DNA from: Octopus sinensis
Taxonomy: Eukaryota
Direction of reading: 5' to 3'
NCBI RefSeq assembly: GCF_006345805.1
Contig: NW_021835890.1
Span: forward strand, 1 to 37,659
Length of the DNA stretch: 37,659 nucleotides
Of the stretch, positions 1 to 11,832 are shown in pieces. Every line of letters begins with the position of its first letter. Within the stretch, counting starts at the first letter, position 1. The translations under genes and the position numbers were made by a program. The notes beneath the pieces were generated by a model that ran no database searches, was not told the DNA's origin, and saw only the letters and a program-made list of their open reading frames with translations.

Positions 1-249
1 AAGGTATACATTAATATATATATATGCGCGTGCATGTGTGTGTGTGTGTGTGAGTGTGTGTGTGTGTTTGTGTGTGTGTGTCCCCTCACGTGTGTATACA
101 TGAGGACTGTAAAGTCGTTTGTCACGTATTTGGTATGAATATAATATATACTCGATATCGCTGTTATTATGTTCAAACGACGCTTTGGTCAACTTCGTCA
201 TACACTTGTCCGAACGTCAACGAAATACATACTAGTTAACTATTGCCCG

Positions 250-1660
250 CCTATAAATCTGGCCTTGGTCACTACTGTTGTTGTTATTAGTTTTGCTGTA
301 TTTTTGTTATTGTTGCTGTTGTCGATGGTGATGCTGGTGTTGGTGGTTGTGTTTGTAGTAGTGGCTGTGGTGTTGGTGTTTGTATTTGTAGTGGTGGCTG
401 TGGTGTTGGTGGTTGTGCTTGTAGTGGTGGCTGTGGTGTTGGTGAACCTATTAATGATTTTTAATTGCAGCTGTTACACATATTCTTGTTTTTGTTGTTG
501 TTGTCCTTGCTACTAAGTGTGGTTTAGTGTCATTAACGAATACTCTGAATCTCGTTATAGTGCCGGTGGTAGTGGAAATAGAGGAAGAGGAGGAGGTTGT
601 GGTGGTGTTGTTGGAGATAGAAGTGATAGTAGTGGTGGTGGTGGTGGTGGTGGTGGTGAGTTTGTGGTTCTGGTCATAGCATTAACTCTATAGGTATCTT
701 GTTGTTGTTGTCAGTATTGGTGATGGAGATGGAAGTGGTGGTGGTGGTGGGAGATATTTTCTTTGATGTGTTGAAGTTTCGATCTGGATTGGTGTTCATA
801 AACAAGAAATAAAAAAAAATAAATAAATGTGTTTTATTTGGTAGATCTAGAGATCTTGAGATCAAATCCTAGATTGTTTTATCGATAATGAAAGAGAACG
901 GAAGAGAAGGGGAGAGAGAAAGAGAAAGAATGAGAGAGAAAGAGAGAGAGAGAGAAATGGTTAAGGAGCATGAGGAAAAGGAGGAAGGAGGGAGAGGAAG
1001 GGGGTCTTGGAGAAATATTTTAAAAGCCAGAAGACAACCATCAGATACGAGAGGAGGAAACATCAACAGCTGTGATCTCCTTTTGAAGAGGAGAGATAAG
1101 ACAGATGACGATGATGATGATGATGATGATGTTGATGATGTTGATGGTGGCGGTGGTGGTGGTGCTACTTAATTGGTAGTGATGGTGGCTTGAATATTGA
1201 ATGGCGGTGATGGGGGGGGGGGCTGGTGACAATGAGGTTTGTCTGGTTGGTAATGATGGTTTGTGTTGGTGGTGGTTGTAGTGATGGCAGAGATGGTCAT
1301 AGCAATAGAAAGGTTGATGCTGGGGGGCGGGCGGGGTGGATTTTGTTTGGTATTGAAAGTGTTGCAGTACAATGTGGGTGGTGATGGTGGTTGTGGTGGA
1401 GATGTTACTTGGTAGTTCTGTCATTTGGATATATTGATCGTACTAGTGGTACATCGGTTTTAGCAGTAACATAGTAGATGCGTTAATGAGGGTATAGGTG
1501 ATAGTGGCGAAGGTAGTAGTAGAGTTAATGGTAAAGATTGGTAAGATAGTGGTCATGCTGGTGTGATTAGTGGTGCTCGTGATAGTGTGGGTGTAAGAGT
1601 AGGAGGGGGGCGTGGTGTTGGGGTTGATTGCCAGGGAGAGTGTATATGAATGTATGCACG
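250..1660. repeat. Low-complexity (GGT/GTG/GAT/GA)n region
   Basis: Mixed triplet and GA runs; the ORFs here are poly-V/T/D/E artefacts. Confidence 0.85.
336..444. repeat. 33-bp minisatellite, about 3.3 copies, within a GTG-rich triplet region
   Basis: GGTGTTGGTGGTTGTGTTTGTAGTAGTGGCTGT units start at 336, 369, 402 and 435. Confidence 0.88.
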
Positions 1661-1834
1661 TGCATGAAAGAGATATACAGGTATAGATTGCATATATATA
1701 TATAATGATAGATAGATGTATGCGTGTGAATATATATATATATAGGGAGAGTTTACGAAAAAAACGAAAGATGAAGACAGGTGGTGTACAAAACAAACAG
1801 ATGTATTAGTATAACGCTCAGGAATAGAAAAAGG

Positions 1835-1870
1835 CTTTTACGTTTCGAGTCTACGCTCTTCAACAGAAAG
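1835..1870 (-). ncRNA. Hammerhead-like motif (core variant CUGUUGA) in a Penelope-like terminal repeat (about 1790-1940)
   Basis: Minus strand: CUUU-CUGUUGA-A-GAG CGUAGA CUC-GAAA-CGU-A^AAAG. Helix I 4 bp, helix II 3 bp, palindromic ACGU helix III. Confidence 0.6.
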
Positions 1871-2139
1871 GTACACAGAAAAAACAAGGAGAGAAACAAA
1901 GAGAGAAAAAATGTGTGTAGTGGCTAACGATCTATCATGGCGTCTGACTCGGACATACATATATATGTATATATGCATGTATATATGTGTGTGTATAAAC
2001 AAGTACACACACAGCTACACAGCCACGCATACACACACACAAACACATGCACACATATAGTGACTTTCTTCCTGACACCCAGCAAGGCTTCAGCTAAGGA
2101 AGAAGCTTTATTACATCGCCTCTGCTGCATTATGTTTGG

Positions 2140-2420
2140 GTGTTGGAACACAATTTATGAATCGTTCAAACACGGATGTGATATATCTTGATTTTGCAAA
2201 GGTCTTTCATAAGGTTGATCATGGGATGATATGTCACAAGCTACGGAAACTCGACATAGTATAAAAGCCGGGAGAGTGGTTACATAACTCTTTAAAAGAC
2301 AGAAACCAGGCGGTGGCAGCCAATGAGGCCCTCTCAGAGGAGACAGTGATAGCAAGTGCGGTGCCTCAGGGAACTGTTTTGTGGCCATTGCTGTCTATAC
2401 TGGCTCTTTCGGACATGTCA
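2140..2420 (+). mobile_element. CR1/L2/Jockey-group LINE reverse transcriptase fragment (pseudogenised)
   Basis: DVIYLDFAKVFHKVDHG from 2175 and, after a stop and frameshift, IASAVPQGTVLWPLLSILALSDM match the conserved YLDFxKAFDxVxH and GVPQGSVLGPLLF RT motifs. Confidence 0.88.
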
Positions 2421-4875
2421 TCAGTCGACTTACAAGTGTTTCTTATATGCATTTTAGGTGCATTCAGGATTGACCAGTGTTTCTTTGTTTATGTCCTCTA
2501 ACTTAATGTTAGAGTCCTCGATAAAAGAAACTATTCTACGAAATAAAGGGTCTAGTTGATACACTGGACTAAAATCCTTTGCAGATGATGCTCCAGCATG
2601 ACGCTAATACAAGACTAAAGAAAAGAAAAAAGACTCTATATGAGTGTGTGATTATATGCATGCACATGGTGGTGGTAGTAGTAGTGGTGATGGTGGTGGT
2701 AGTCGTGGTGGCGGTGGTGGTGGTGGTGGTGGTAGTAGCAGCAACAGCAGTAATAGCAGTAGTAGTAGTAGTGGTAGTAGCATTTGGATTCTGGTGATAG
2801 TTTTTGTTCTGGTGGTGGTGGTGGTGGTGATGGTGGTGGTGATGGTGAAGATGCTGTCTTTATAGTTGTTGATTTTGTTACTGTAGTTTTATTGTTTTCG
2901 ATTGCTGTTGTTGTTGTTGTCTCTGCATCCTGCTTCCGGTGCATCAGACGAGTGCCAGCATCTCTAGTTATGTGGTTCCCAACCATGTAAACGTCAGTTG
3001 GGATCATTCTAGGTAAACTAAAAAATAATAATAAAAACGAGAATGGAAAAATTTCGCAAAAAACATTTCCTCTTTGGAGACAAAAGACATCAGCTTCACC
3101 CTCCATATAGGAGAAAGAAAGAAAAACTGCTCTTATACTTATCAACACATGCGCAGATAAAAATGCATCTGTGTTCCTGCGTATGTATACAGATAAATAT
3201 ATTGTATTTATGCGTAGGTGTATGTATATATAACTATATAATATATCATAATAATAATAGTATACATAGACCGATTTAAAGCGATATTTATATATAAATG
3301 TCGCTTTAAATCGGAGTATATATATTATTATGGTATATTATTATATAGTTATTGTGTACTAATAACTTCTATAGTCACAATATAAATGCTTTATATATAT
3401 ATATATATTATATATATATAGATACTATATATATATATATATCTGTTATATATTATATAAAGAAGAGATACGTAGCTAAATGTATATTATACATATATGA
3501 ATGAATATATGTACTATGTATATATGTATGTATATGGATGTATATGTATGTATAATATATATATATATATATCTATATATATATATCTATATATATATAT
3601 ATATAGATGACAATTATGTAATAGGACAGTATTTATTACTACTGTTCTGCTCGTGCATCAATATGGGGGAGGTTTTAATGTATTCATACACGTACATCGA
3701 TATTGTGAAGGGCCGTCTAATTCAGTGTCTTAAACCTCTTGTTTTAAGAGACTACCATTTAGGAATTCACGATCAACGAGCCTTTTTCTGGAAATAGGCC
3801 TCACAACGGAAGGTTGGTTTTATGCAGTGCAAGAAGCTGCATGAATGGAGTGCGGTACAGGAGACATCTTGAACAGCAGGCTCTGTCCAGAATATCGTTA
3901 AGATTAAATTCTGGGGTATCCTTACGCTAAATCAACAATGTAACAGCGTTAATGAAATGGGGATTAACATAAACTTGTAGTCTGATGTTTTGTCATAGGG
4001 GGAGCGAGAAAGGATAACAGTCACGTGCAGAAAGGATAGACGATACCTTGACTTGTACATTCTGCCAATGATTCAGCTGTGCAGAAGAGTTAAACTAAGC
4101 CGAAGTACAGTAAGGGAGTAACGCCCTTACTTTATAGCAGGGCACCGTCCACTCAGCATCCCTGAATTTTGAGTGGACGGTGCCTTGGGAAGACAACATA
4201 GGATTAGTTCATTAATAGAAGGGCTTAAGGCAAAGAGTAAATGAATTGTATGAAGCACAAATGTGGCAATCTAACGTAATTCGAGTAGATATGGGTTGTC
4301 TGTGTTTGTCAGTAACTCAATAATACCTTTGTTAAGGAAGATTAAGGGAATAGTGAATCGTAAACTGGAGATGGAAGAATAAAACAACAATTCTTCGTCG
4401 ATTTAGCAGTTGCGAGTGCAAGATGCAATAAATCTGAGAGGAATGAACAATTCCTGATTGTTCAGGGAAAGATGTAACCAGCAAATGAAGTTTCGTAAAC
4501 GTATTCTTTGAAAGTAACGGGTCCAGACCAATTAAATAGCAACAACGGAATGACAAAGAAATCATCACCAAACTATACAACTCATTTAATTTATGAGTGG
4601 ACAGTGAACATTATATGTGAGGGAGAAAATATCTAAATGTGTGATCAATATTCCAGCTTGAAATAAATCTGGTTCCTGCACAGTTACAAGAGATCGTCAG
4701 ATGTTTGGAACATTTTTGTACAATATGAAAGTGATAATGAAAGTGAAACGGAAAAGCTAAATAACAGACACGCCCTGTTTCTTTTAGCCCTAGGCCAGAC
4801 CTGATTAAAAAGTCGTACAATCAAGGGCATTGAAACCACGACTATGCCACCTTTGTGGTTCTGTGATACAATAGT

Positions 4876-5257
4876 GGAGGCGCAATGGCCCAGTGGTTAG
4901 GGCAGCGGACTCGCGGTCGGAGCATCGCGGTTTCGATTCCCAGACCGGGCATTGTGAGTGTTTATTGAGCGAAAACACCAAAAGCTCCACGAGGCTCCGG
5001 CAGGGGATGGTGGTGATCCCTGCTGTACTCTTTCACCACAACTTTCTCTCGCTCTTTCTTCCTGTTTCTCTTGTACCTGTATTTCAAAGGGCCAGCCTTG
5101 TCACATTCTGTGTGTCACGCTGAATCTTCCTGAGAACTACGTTATGGGTACACGTGTCTGTGGAGTGCTCAGCCACTTGCACGTTAATATCACGAGCAAG
5201 CTGTTCCGTTGATCGTATCAGCTGGGACCCTTATCGTCGTAACCGACGGAGTGTTCC
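4876..5257 (+). mobile_element. tRNA-derived SINE, family C (near full length)
   Basis: Head GGAGGCGCAATGGCCCAGTGG (A box) ... GGTTTCGATTCCC (B box). The head recurs at 15742-15836 and the 3' half at 28734-28887. Resembles octopus tRNA-Arg-like SINEs from memory; exact family needs Dfam/Repbase. Confidence 0.85.
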
Positions 5258-5417
5258 TACCTATACAGTATTCAATCTCTTTCCTTTAAATTTTGAAAAC
5301 GGTAATGTGTTATTTGAGGGAGATTTGTTGCTGTTTCTAGCAGAGGAAATTTGGTTGCTATTTTTAGCAAATATTGTGTTCTCAGGATATATTATCCAAT
5401 CTATCCTTTCTATTAGC

Positions 5418-5617
5418 TTCAATTTTTGGCACAAGGCCAGCAGATTTGGGGGAGGTGTGGAGTCGATTAAATCACTCCCCCACCAATGTTCAACTGGTAA
5501 TTATTTCATCGATCCCGAAAGGGTGAATGGCAAAGTCGACTCCGTCGAAATTTGAAGTCAGAACGTTCGGACGGACGGACGAAACATTTTGCCCGGCGTG
5601 CTAACAATTCTGCCAGC
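5418..5617 (-). mobile_element. SINE family B2 (B head and body, tail CTGGCCTTGTGCCAAAA)
   Basis: Homologous to 32511-32741 over head and body, with a different 3' tail shared with 20410 and 25337-25935. Confidence 0.82.
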
Positions 5618-6013
5618 ATAATCTATTGAGACAACCATGTGTAGTTCGAGGGAGATTTGGCTGCTTTTTCTCGCCGGTGATATTGCATTTCTGCTCAGTG
5701 TTTCGTACACGGTTTATAGATTCTGGGGACCTTCTATTCTAATATTAGCAGAATTTCACTTTTTGACAAGGCTACATCCCCACTCAACGCTAACGTCAAC
5801 CATACTTACACTAACAGGGTCTTAGATGTTATCTTTAATAGAAAATGCTTTGGCTAAGATCGATCTTCTCAGGGTCGAACCGGTGGGAACATCACTGAAA
5901 TTGCTACTTCAAGCGGTGGCGGGTGTATCATGGAAGTGACGAATGTCACATGAATTAAACAGAAATGTTGTTTTAAATTCTTTTTTAAAAAGAAGCAAGC
6001 GACTACAGCAACG

Positions 6014-6015
6014 CA

Positions 6016-6058
<43 letters not shown>

Positions 6059-7870
6059 TACTACTACTTCTACTTCTACTACTACTACTACTACTATACT
6101 ACTACTACTACTAATAATAATAATAATAACAATAATAACAACAACAACAACAACAACAACAATAATAATAATAATAATTGTGCAACAGAAGCAAAACTAA
6201 TAATTACAACAATCACAACAACAGGAACAGCAGTGACATCTACAAGAAGAACAATATCATCAGCAACCACAACGGTAAGTACAGCAACAGCAGCAAAAAC
6301 AGCAAGAAGAAGAAGAAGAAGAAGAAGAAGAAGAAGAAGAAGAAGAAAAAGGAGAAAAAGGAGAAGAAGGAAAAGAAGAATATGATAAAGAAGAAAAGGA
6401 ATAATAATAAGAAGAACAACAACAACATCAATAACGGTAACTGTAGCGACCACGTGATTAAGAAAAACAACAATAATACGAATATCAACATAGCAACGAT
6501 AACGACAACAAAGTTAGGTATTAAAACGAATATAATAATAATAATAATAATAACAATAGTAACAATATCAACAGTAATGCCTCTGTAGCTAAAAATGGCT
6601 GACTTCCCTACCTCTCCTCTCCCCACAACCAATAGCTTCAACAACAAACACAATAAGGGCATGATAACAAAAAATAACAGTAACAACGATGAAAACAACC
6701 GCAAGTTATAGAAACACTAAAAGTAACAAATAGAACAAAAAATAAATTGTAAATAAACATTAAGGCACATCAACGTTAGCATAGAAGACGACGACGATGA
6801 CTGTCAACAGCAACCACGACAACAACAGTGGATACAGCTGTTGGCGGTTGCGGTGAGAGCGAAAAACAATAACTGCAATAGAAATAACAATAAGATAAGA
6901 CACAGCTGTTAGGAGTCGTTCCCGCAGCAGCAGCAGCAGCAACACGAACAGAACTAACAGCAACAGCAATAATTTGAGATGCAGTTAGTAGTATTTGCAG
7001 TATCAGCAGCAGTGGTGGTATGGTGGTCTACAGCTATAGTAGCAGGGGGTGGAGGTGGGTGGGGGAGACGGCGAGCGGAAATTGAAAAGCGGCAATGTAT
7101 TGTAGCCAGCGGAAGTCGAAGTGTTCAAAGCAGACCTTCATGTGTTGAGGATGGCGGGAAATCACAAGGAAATTAACAGGCATAGAGTCATTGGAATTGG
7201 TGTGATGCATAAATTGGTAGATGGAGGGGGGGGATTTTGGATCGGGGGGGGGTAAGAGTTACGTATGAAGGACGACGATTGAATGTTTGAGGCGGCGATG
7301 GTGGTTTTGTAATAGCAATGGCGGTGGTGCTATTGGGGATAGTAGTGACGGTGGTGGTAATGATGATGTAGGTGATGGTGGTGTCGGTAAAGGTGGCGGC
7401 TATTGTGGTGATGGTTGCAGTGGTATGATGGTAGCGCTAGTGGTAGCTGTGGTTGTGGCTGAGGTGGTGATAAACGTGGTGACGGTAGTAGCCCTAGTGT
7501 TAATTGTAGCAGTGATAGCGTGAAGGTGTAGGTCACAGTTGTAATCGCAGCGGTACTGGTGGTGGTGGTTGTGGTGGTAGTAGTGGTGCTGTAGTGGTGA
7601 TGAAGGTGGTGGTACTAATTGTGATAATGGATATAACTATGATGATGGTGGTGTCAGTGGCTAACGACGGTGGAGAAAATTGTTGCGGTGGTGGTTGCCG
7701 TAGTGGTTATGGGACGTATTTGTATTGGTTGTATTGCAGTTGGTTATGGTGTTTACATTGCATCTAACTGCAGCAGAGATTGGAGAAAGTGGTGGTGCTG
7801 GGGTGGGGTGGTAGGGGGTTACTTACGATGGTGGTGGTGGTAGTGGTGGTGGTGGTGGTGAAGGTGTAAA
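6014..7870. repeat. Compound trinucleotide region: (CTA)n, (TAA)n, (CAA)n, (AAG)n, then (GGT/GTG)n
   Basis: Direct reading; composition flips from A/C-rich to G/T-rich near 6975. Confidence 0.88.
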
Positions 7871-8399
7871 CATAATTAGGTTGTGGTACTGGATGGTGTA
7901 TGTGAGAATAAGCTTGGCTGGAAGGGCAGCCACTGGCGAGGGAAATCGCGTTATTGGTGTTGCTTAAAACTAAGTCAAAGTTGATCAGGAAAGTAAACTG
8001 CTTACCAAAGCATTCCAGCCATGGCAACCCCGTCTTTTCTCTATGTATAGGGATCAAAAGACTACGTTAAAGTCATGTGGAATTTGAGGGAAATTTAACT
8101 GCATTTTCTGCAAGTAAAACAGCCTGTTAGAAGCCCTCTTTTACAGATTCGTACAGTGAGTGTTAGGTTTGGGAGATCTTTAAGAGTAATGTCGACAGAA
8201 AATTAATGTCCTTGATAATGGTGCCATCAACATGAGGTGGCATCAGCTATAAATGAACTCTGATGAAATCCTAGATGCACACAAAGGTGTCGATATTAGG
8301 TGTTCTAATTTCTGAAAATGGTGCTAATGGTCTTCTGCAGATTTATATTGATTTCATATTTTTATGCGAGGACAGTAAGCTTGGAGTTGGAGAGTGGGT

Positions 8400-8465
8400 A
8401 AGTGGATTGCATCGACCCCACTACTCAAATGACTTTATAGATCTCAAAACGATGAAAGGTAAAGT
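8400..8465 (-). mobile_element. Short decayed SINE family B fragment abutting the 5' truncation point of the Tx1 LINE
   Basis: GATTGCATCGACCCC...GATGAAAGGTAAAGT resembles the family B body on the opposite strand. Confidence 0.55.
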
Positions 8466-9945
8466 GCGGTTGAGTTGCTCGGGGTCTGGTTTTGTCCAGA
8501 CCTCTAAATCGAGAACTGGAACGAGATAACGAGTAGGGTGGTCACTCTCGCCCGGCAAGGGGCCGAGAGGAAACTGTCCCTAAAAGGTCGGGTGGAGGTG
8601 GCGAACACGTACATCACGTCCGTCATCTATTACCGCCTGACCGTCGTGCCTTGTCCCGACCCTACCATCACCAAACTAGAACGCATTCTCTTTCGCTTTT
8701 TGTGGAAAGGATGCGTTCCGATGGTCAGGTGATCCATTTGCTGTCAACACCCGTTAAAAGGACTGGGCATGTCGTGGTTGATGATGCGCAGACACGCGCT
8801 GAGACTGCGACATCTACGGCTCTACGTAGACGACGGTGAACAGGTGTGGTCGCCGTTTGTGGGGCACGCTTTCCCGCAGCTCGTCTCTATGACCGAATTG
8901 CAGTCGTGGATCAAAAAGAGGTCGAGGAAGAGCGAATGGCACCGCGAGTGTCACGTTGCTCTCAAGCAACTATGCCGTCCCGGGTCGACCTTGAGTGACT
9001 TCAACACAACCCAAGCATTCTATAGGGGATTAGTGGAGGGGAGGTACAACGACGATCTTGGGGCGAACCTGGACGTCGACGAGGAATACCTGACCCGCCT
9101 GTTCAGGACAACTTTCGAGCCAGGACTCATGGACAACTTCCAGAGATCCCTGGCCTGGCAATGCTACCGAGAAGCGCTACCCGTTCGGGATAAGCTCTAC
9201 AGACACGGCACGAGAAACACAGGGCTAACCTGCCCGAGATGCGGTCAGAACGACGAAACCGTTCTGCACGCACTCGTGCAGTGTCCAACAATTTCCGACC
9301 TGTGGGCTTATGTCGAACGACTGCTGTCACGTGTGGGACGAGCCGGTTTATCAGCCGAATCTATCGTCAATATTGTCACGCCTCCTTCCTTCAAACGAGA
9401 AGGAAGAGTTATTTTTTATCATTCTTGTGGCTATGGCGAAAGAATGTATCTGGTGGACGCGTCTGAAAGGATTAGAGACAAACACTTTCCTCTCTAGTCA
9501 ATCTCTCATCAAATTCTTCAAGTATCACTTGAAAAGGAAAGTGAGAGTAGAGAGGCAAGTTTTGTGTAGCGAATGTTTCAAAAAAAGATGGGTGAATATA
9601 GCAAGGATGGCACGTATGAATGACGAAGCCAACTTGAGCATAATCCTATGAACCAGGAGAAATTTAAAACAGAGGGTTACTTAGTTGCAAACAAATGTGT
9701 CAACATGTGACATTATTGACCGAGGTTACCGTGGTCTTTTCCATAGGCTTTTCTTTCAACGGATAAACCTTATCTGCTTCCCCCTTTACACTTTACATCA
9801 TGACATTTCTTTGTTACACGATCCCTATTGATCGTTTTTTCTTTTTTAAAAAATTGTTCTTTCTTTCCCTTTTACGACCCCCAAAAGAGCTCTACATTGT
9901 AATCTGTCCCGTCTGTGTGCAGCCCTGTGTAGCTAATAAAGAAAC
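8466..9945 (+). mobile_element. 5'-truncated Tx1/L1-clade non-LTR retrotransposon: degenerate ORF2 C-terminus (post-RT region, CCHC zinc finger) plus 3' UTR
   Basis: One frame reads VELLGVWFCPDL*IENWNEITSRVV...KLSLKGRVEVANTYITSVIYYRLTVVPCP...FRFLWKG...R*SICCQHPLKGLGM...FQRSLAWQCYREALPVRDKL...CPRCGQNDETVLHALVQCP, typical L1/Tx1 ORF2 motifs. In-frame stops at 8505 and 8730; frameshift near 9410-9420; true stop at 9651; AATAAA at 9935-9940, then GAAAC and a (TATC)n tract. Confidence 0.93.
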
Positions 9946-9949
9946 ATAT

Positions 9950-9950
<1 letters not shown>

Positions 9951-9999
<49 letters not shown>

Positions 10000-10200
10000 G
10001 TCTGTCTGTCTGTCCGTCTGTCTGTCTATCTATCTATCCGTCTATCTCTGAGTGTGCCTTACACACACACACACACACACTCACACACAACAAACTCACA
10101 CAAACACACACACACAAACACACAGACTCACACACACACACACACACCACACACACACATACACACTCACACATACACACACTCACACACACACACAGAC
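9951..10200. repeat. (TATC)n/(TGTC)n followed by (CA)n
   Basis: Direct reading; begins immediately after the Tx1 3' end. Confidence 0.95.
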
Positions 10201-10298
10201 GGTATTTCGTATCCAGTCTGAAAACGTGAAATTTGAATAACTAGATTCGAGATTCCAGCTGTAATAATGAAGCACACAAACACAGACATATTCTACAT

Positions 10299-10347
<49 letters not shown>

Positions 10348-10366
10348 TTCACACACACACATGTAC

Positions 10367-10415
<49 letters not shown>

Positions 10416-10780
10416 AATAGACGCCGATGTATGAGCATGCGCATGAGTTTATAGGTGTTCATGCTATCATGACGACGTATATAAAATTGTTTCTACAATG
10501 CTTTTCATTATTTGTCGCGAAATTTTTTTTAATATCCTGCTACACGATGGCGGATATTCCTAAAGATAATTGACATTGCGATTCACATTTGAGAGTTGAT
10601 TATATACACAAGCACACACAGACAAATGTACACTCCCCACACACACACATTCACATACACTTATATGTACATGTATATAAATAGATGTTTATATATATAT
10701 ATTTATATACATGTTTGTATATGTACATACGCACGTGCACACACAAATACACATAGGTACATACACACGTATATGTATAA

Positions 10781-10814
<34 letters not shown>

Positions 10815-11385
10815 ATGTGTGTATACAAACATACACACACACACATATATATATATACACGCATACACACATGTATAACGTCACAAGGCGCTCTTCTATT
10901 ATTTGCTCTCGTGTTCTTGTTTCACTTCCATTCTCTTTTTTTTTTCCATCGCTCACCACTACTGGTCTTTTTGCTTTCAGAATCAAAATATTGTACATTT
11001 GCACACGCGACTCTCATCAATAGTTGACAAGAACCCGGAAGCAATTCAATTTCAGGCTTATTTCGTCACCCATATCTCTGATATCAGTAATACATACATA
11101 CATGAATACATCCATTCATACATACATGCATACATACATACATACATACATACATACATACATACATACATACATACAGAGCTACATCATTACATATATA
11201 CTTACATACATGTATACATACAAATATGTGCACACACATACATACAAGCATACATATACGCATACATACAAACATAAGCACATACATATATACATGCACA
11301 CAGACGTACATATACATACATACATGCATACACGCATGCATTCACTCATTCATATACACATACGCACGTACATACATGCATACAT

Positions 11386-11619
11386 ACTCTTTACTCTTTA
11401 CTCTTTTACTCTTTTACTTGTTTCAGTCATTTGACTGCGGCCATGCTGGAGCACCGCCTTTAATGGAGCAACTCGACCCCGGGTCTTATTCTTTTGTAAG
11501 CCCAGTACTCATTCTATCGGTCTCTTTTGCCGAACTGCTAAGTAACGGGGACATAAACACACCAGCATCGGTTGTCAAGCAATGCTAGGGGGAAAAACAC
11601 AGACACACAAACACACACA

Positions 11620-11664
<45 letters not shown>

Positions 11665-11815
11665 GTATATATGACGGGCTTCTTTCAGTTTCCGTGTACC
11701 AAATCCACTCACAAGGCTTTTGTCGGCCCGAGGCTATAGTAGAAGACACTTGTCCAAAGTGCCACGCAGTAGGACTGAACCCGGAACCATGTGGCTGGTA
11801 AACAAGCTACTTACC
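11386..11815 (-). mobile_element. tRNA-derived SINE, family A (extreme 5' end missing)
   Basis: The minus strand has GGTAAGTAGCTTG...CCGGGTTCAGTCC head, CTTCTACTATAGCCTCGGGCCGAC...GGAAACTGAAAGAAGCCCGTC body, internal (AT)/(GT) tract, and ends GCAGTCAAATGACTGAAACAAGTAAAAGAGTAAAAGAG. Seven other copies or fragments in the window. Confidence 0.92.
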
Positions 11816-11832
11816 TTACATGCATACATACA

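Noticed and set aside
3785-3900. GLTTEGWFYAVQE, reminiscent of the R4-clade LINE TEG..A.Q motif
   Set aside because: Short match, stop right after, and no convincing CCHC finger downstream; needs an HMM search.
4876-4950. Genuine tRNA gene
   Set aside because: The head continues into a SINE body, recurs elsewhere in the window, and has no proper acceptor stem or poly-T terminator.
8255-8320. CTGATGA followed by a distant GAAA (hammerhead?)
   Set aside because: Helix II and helix III cannot be formed.
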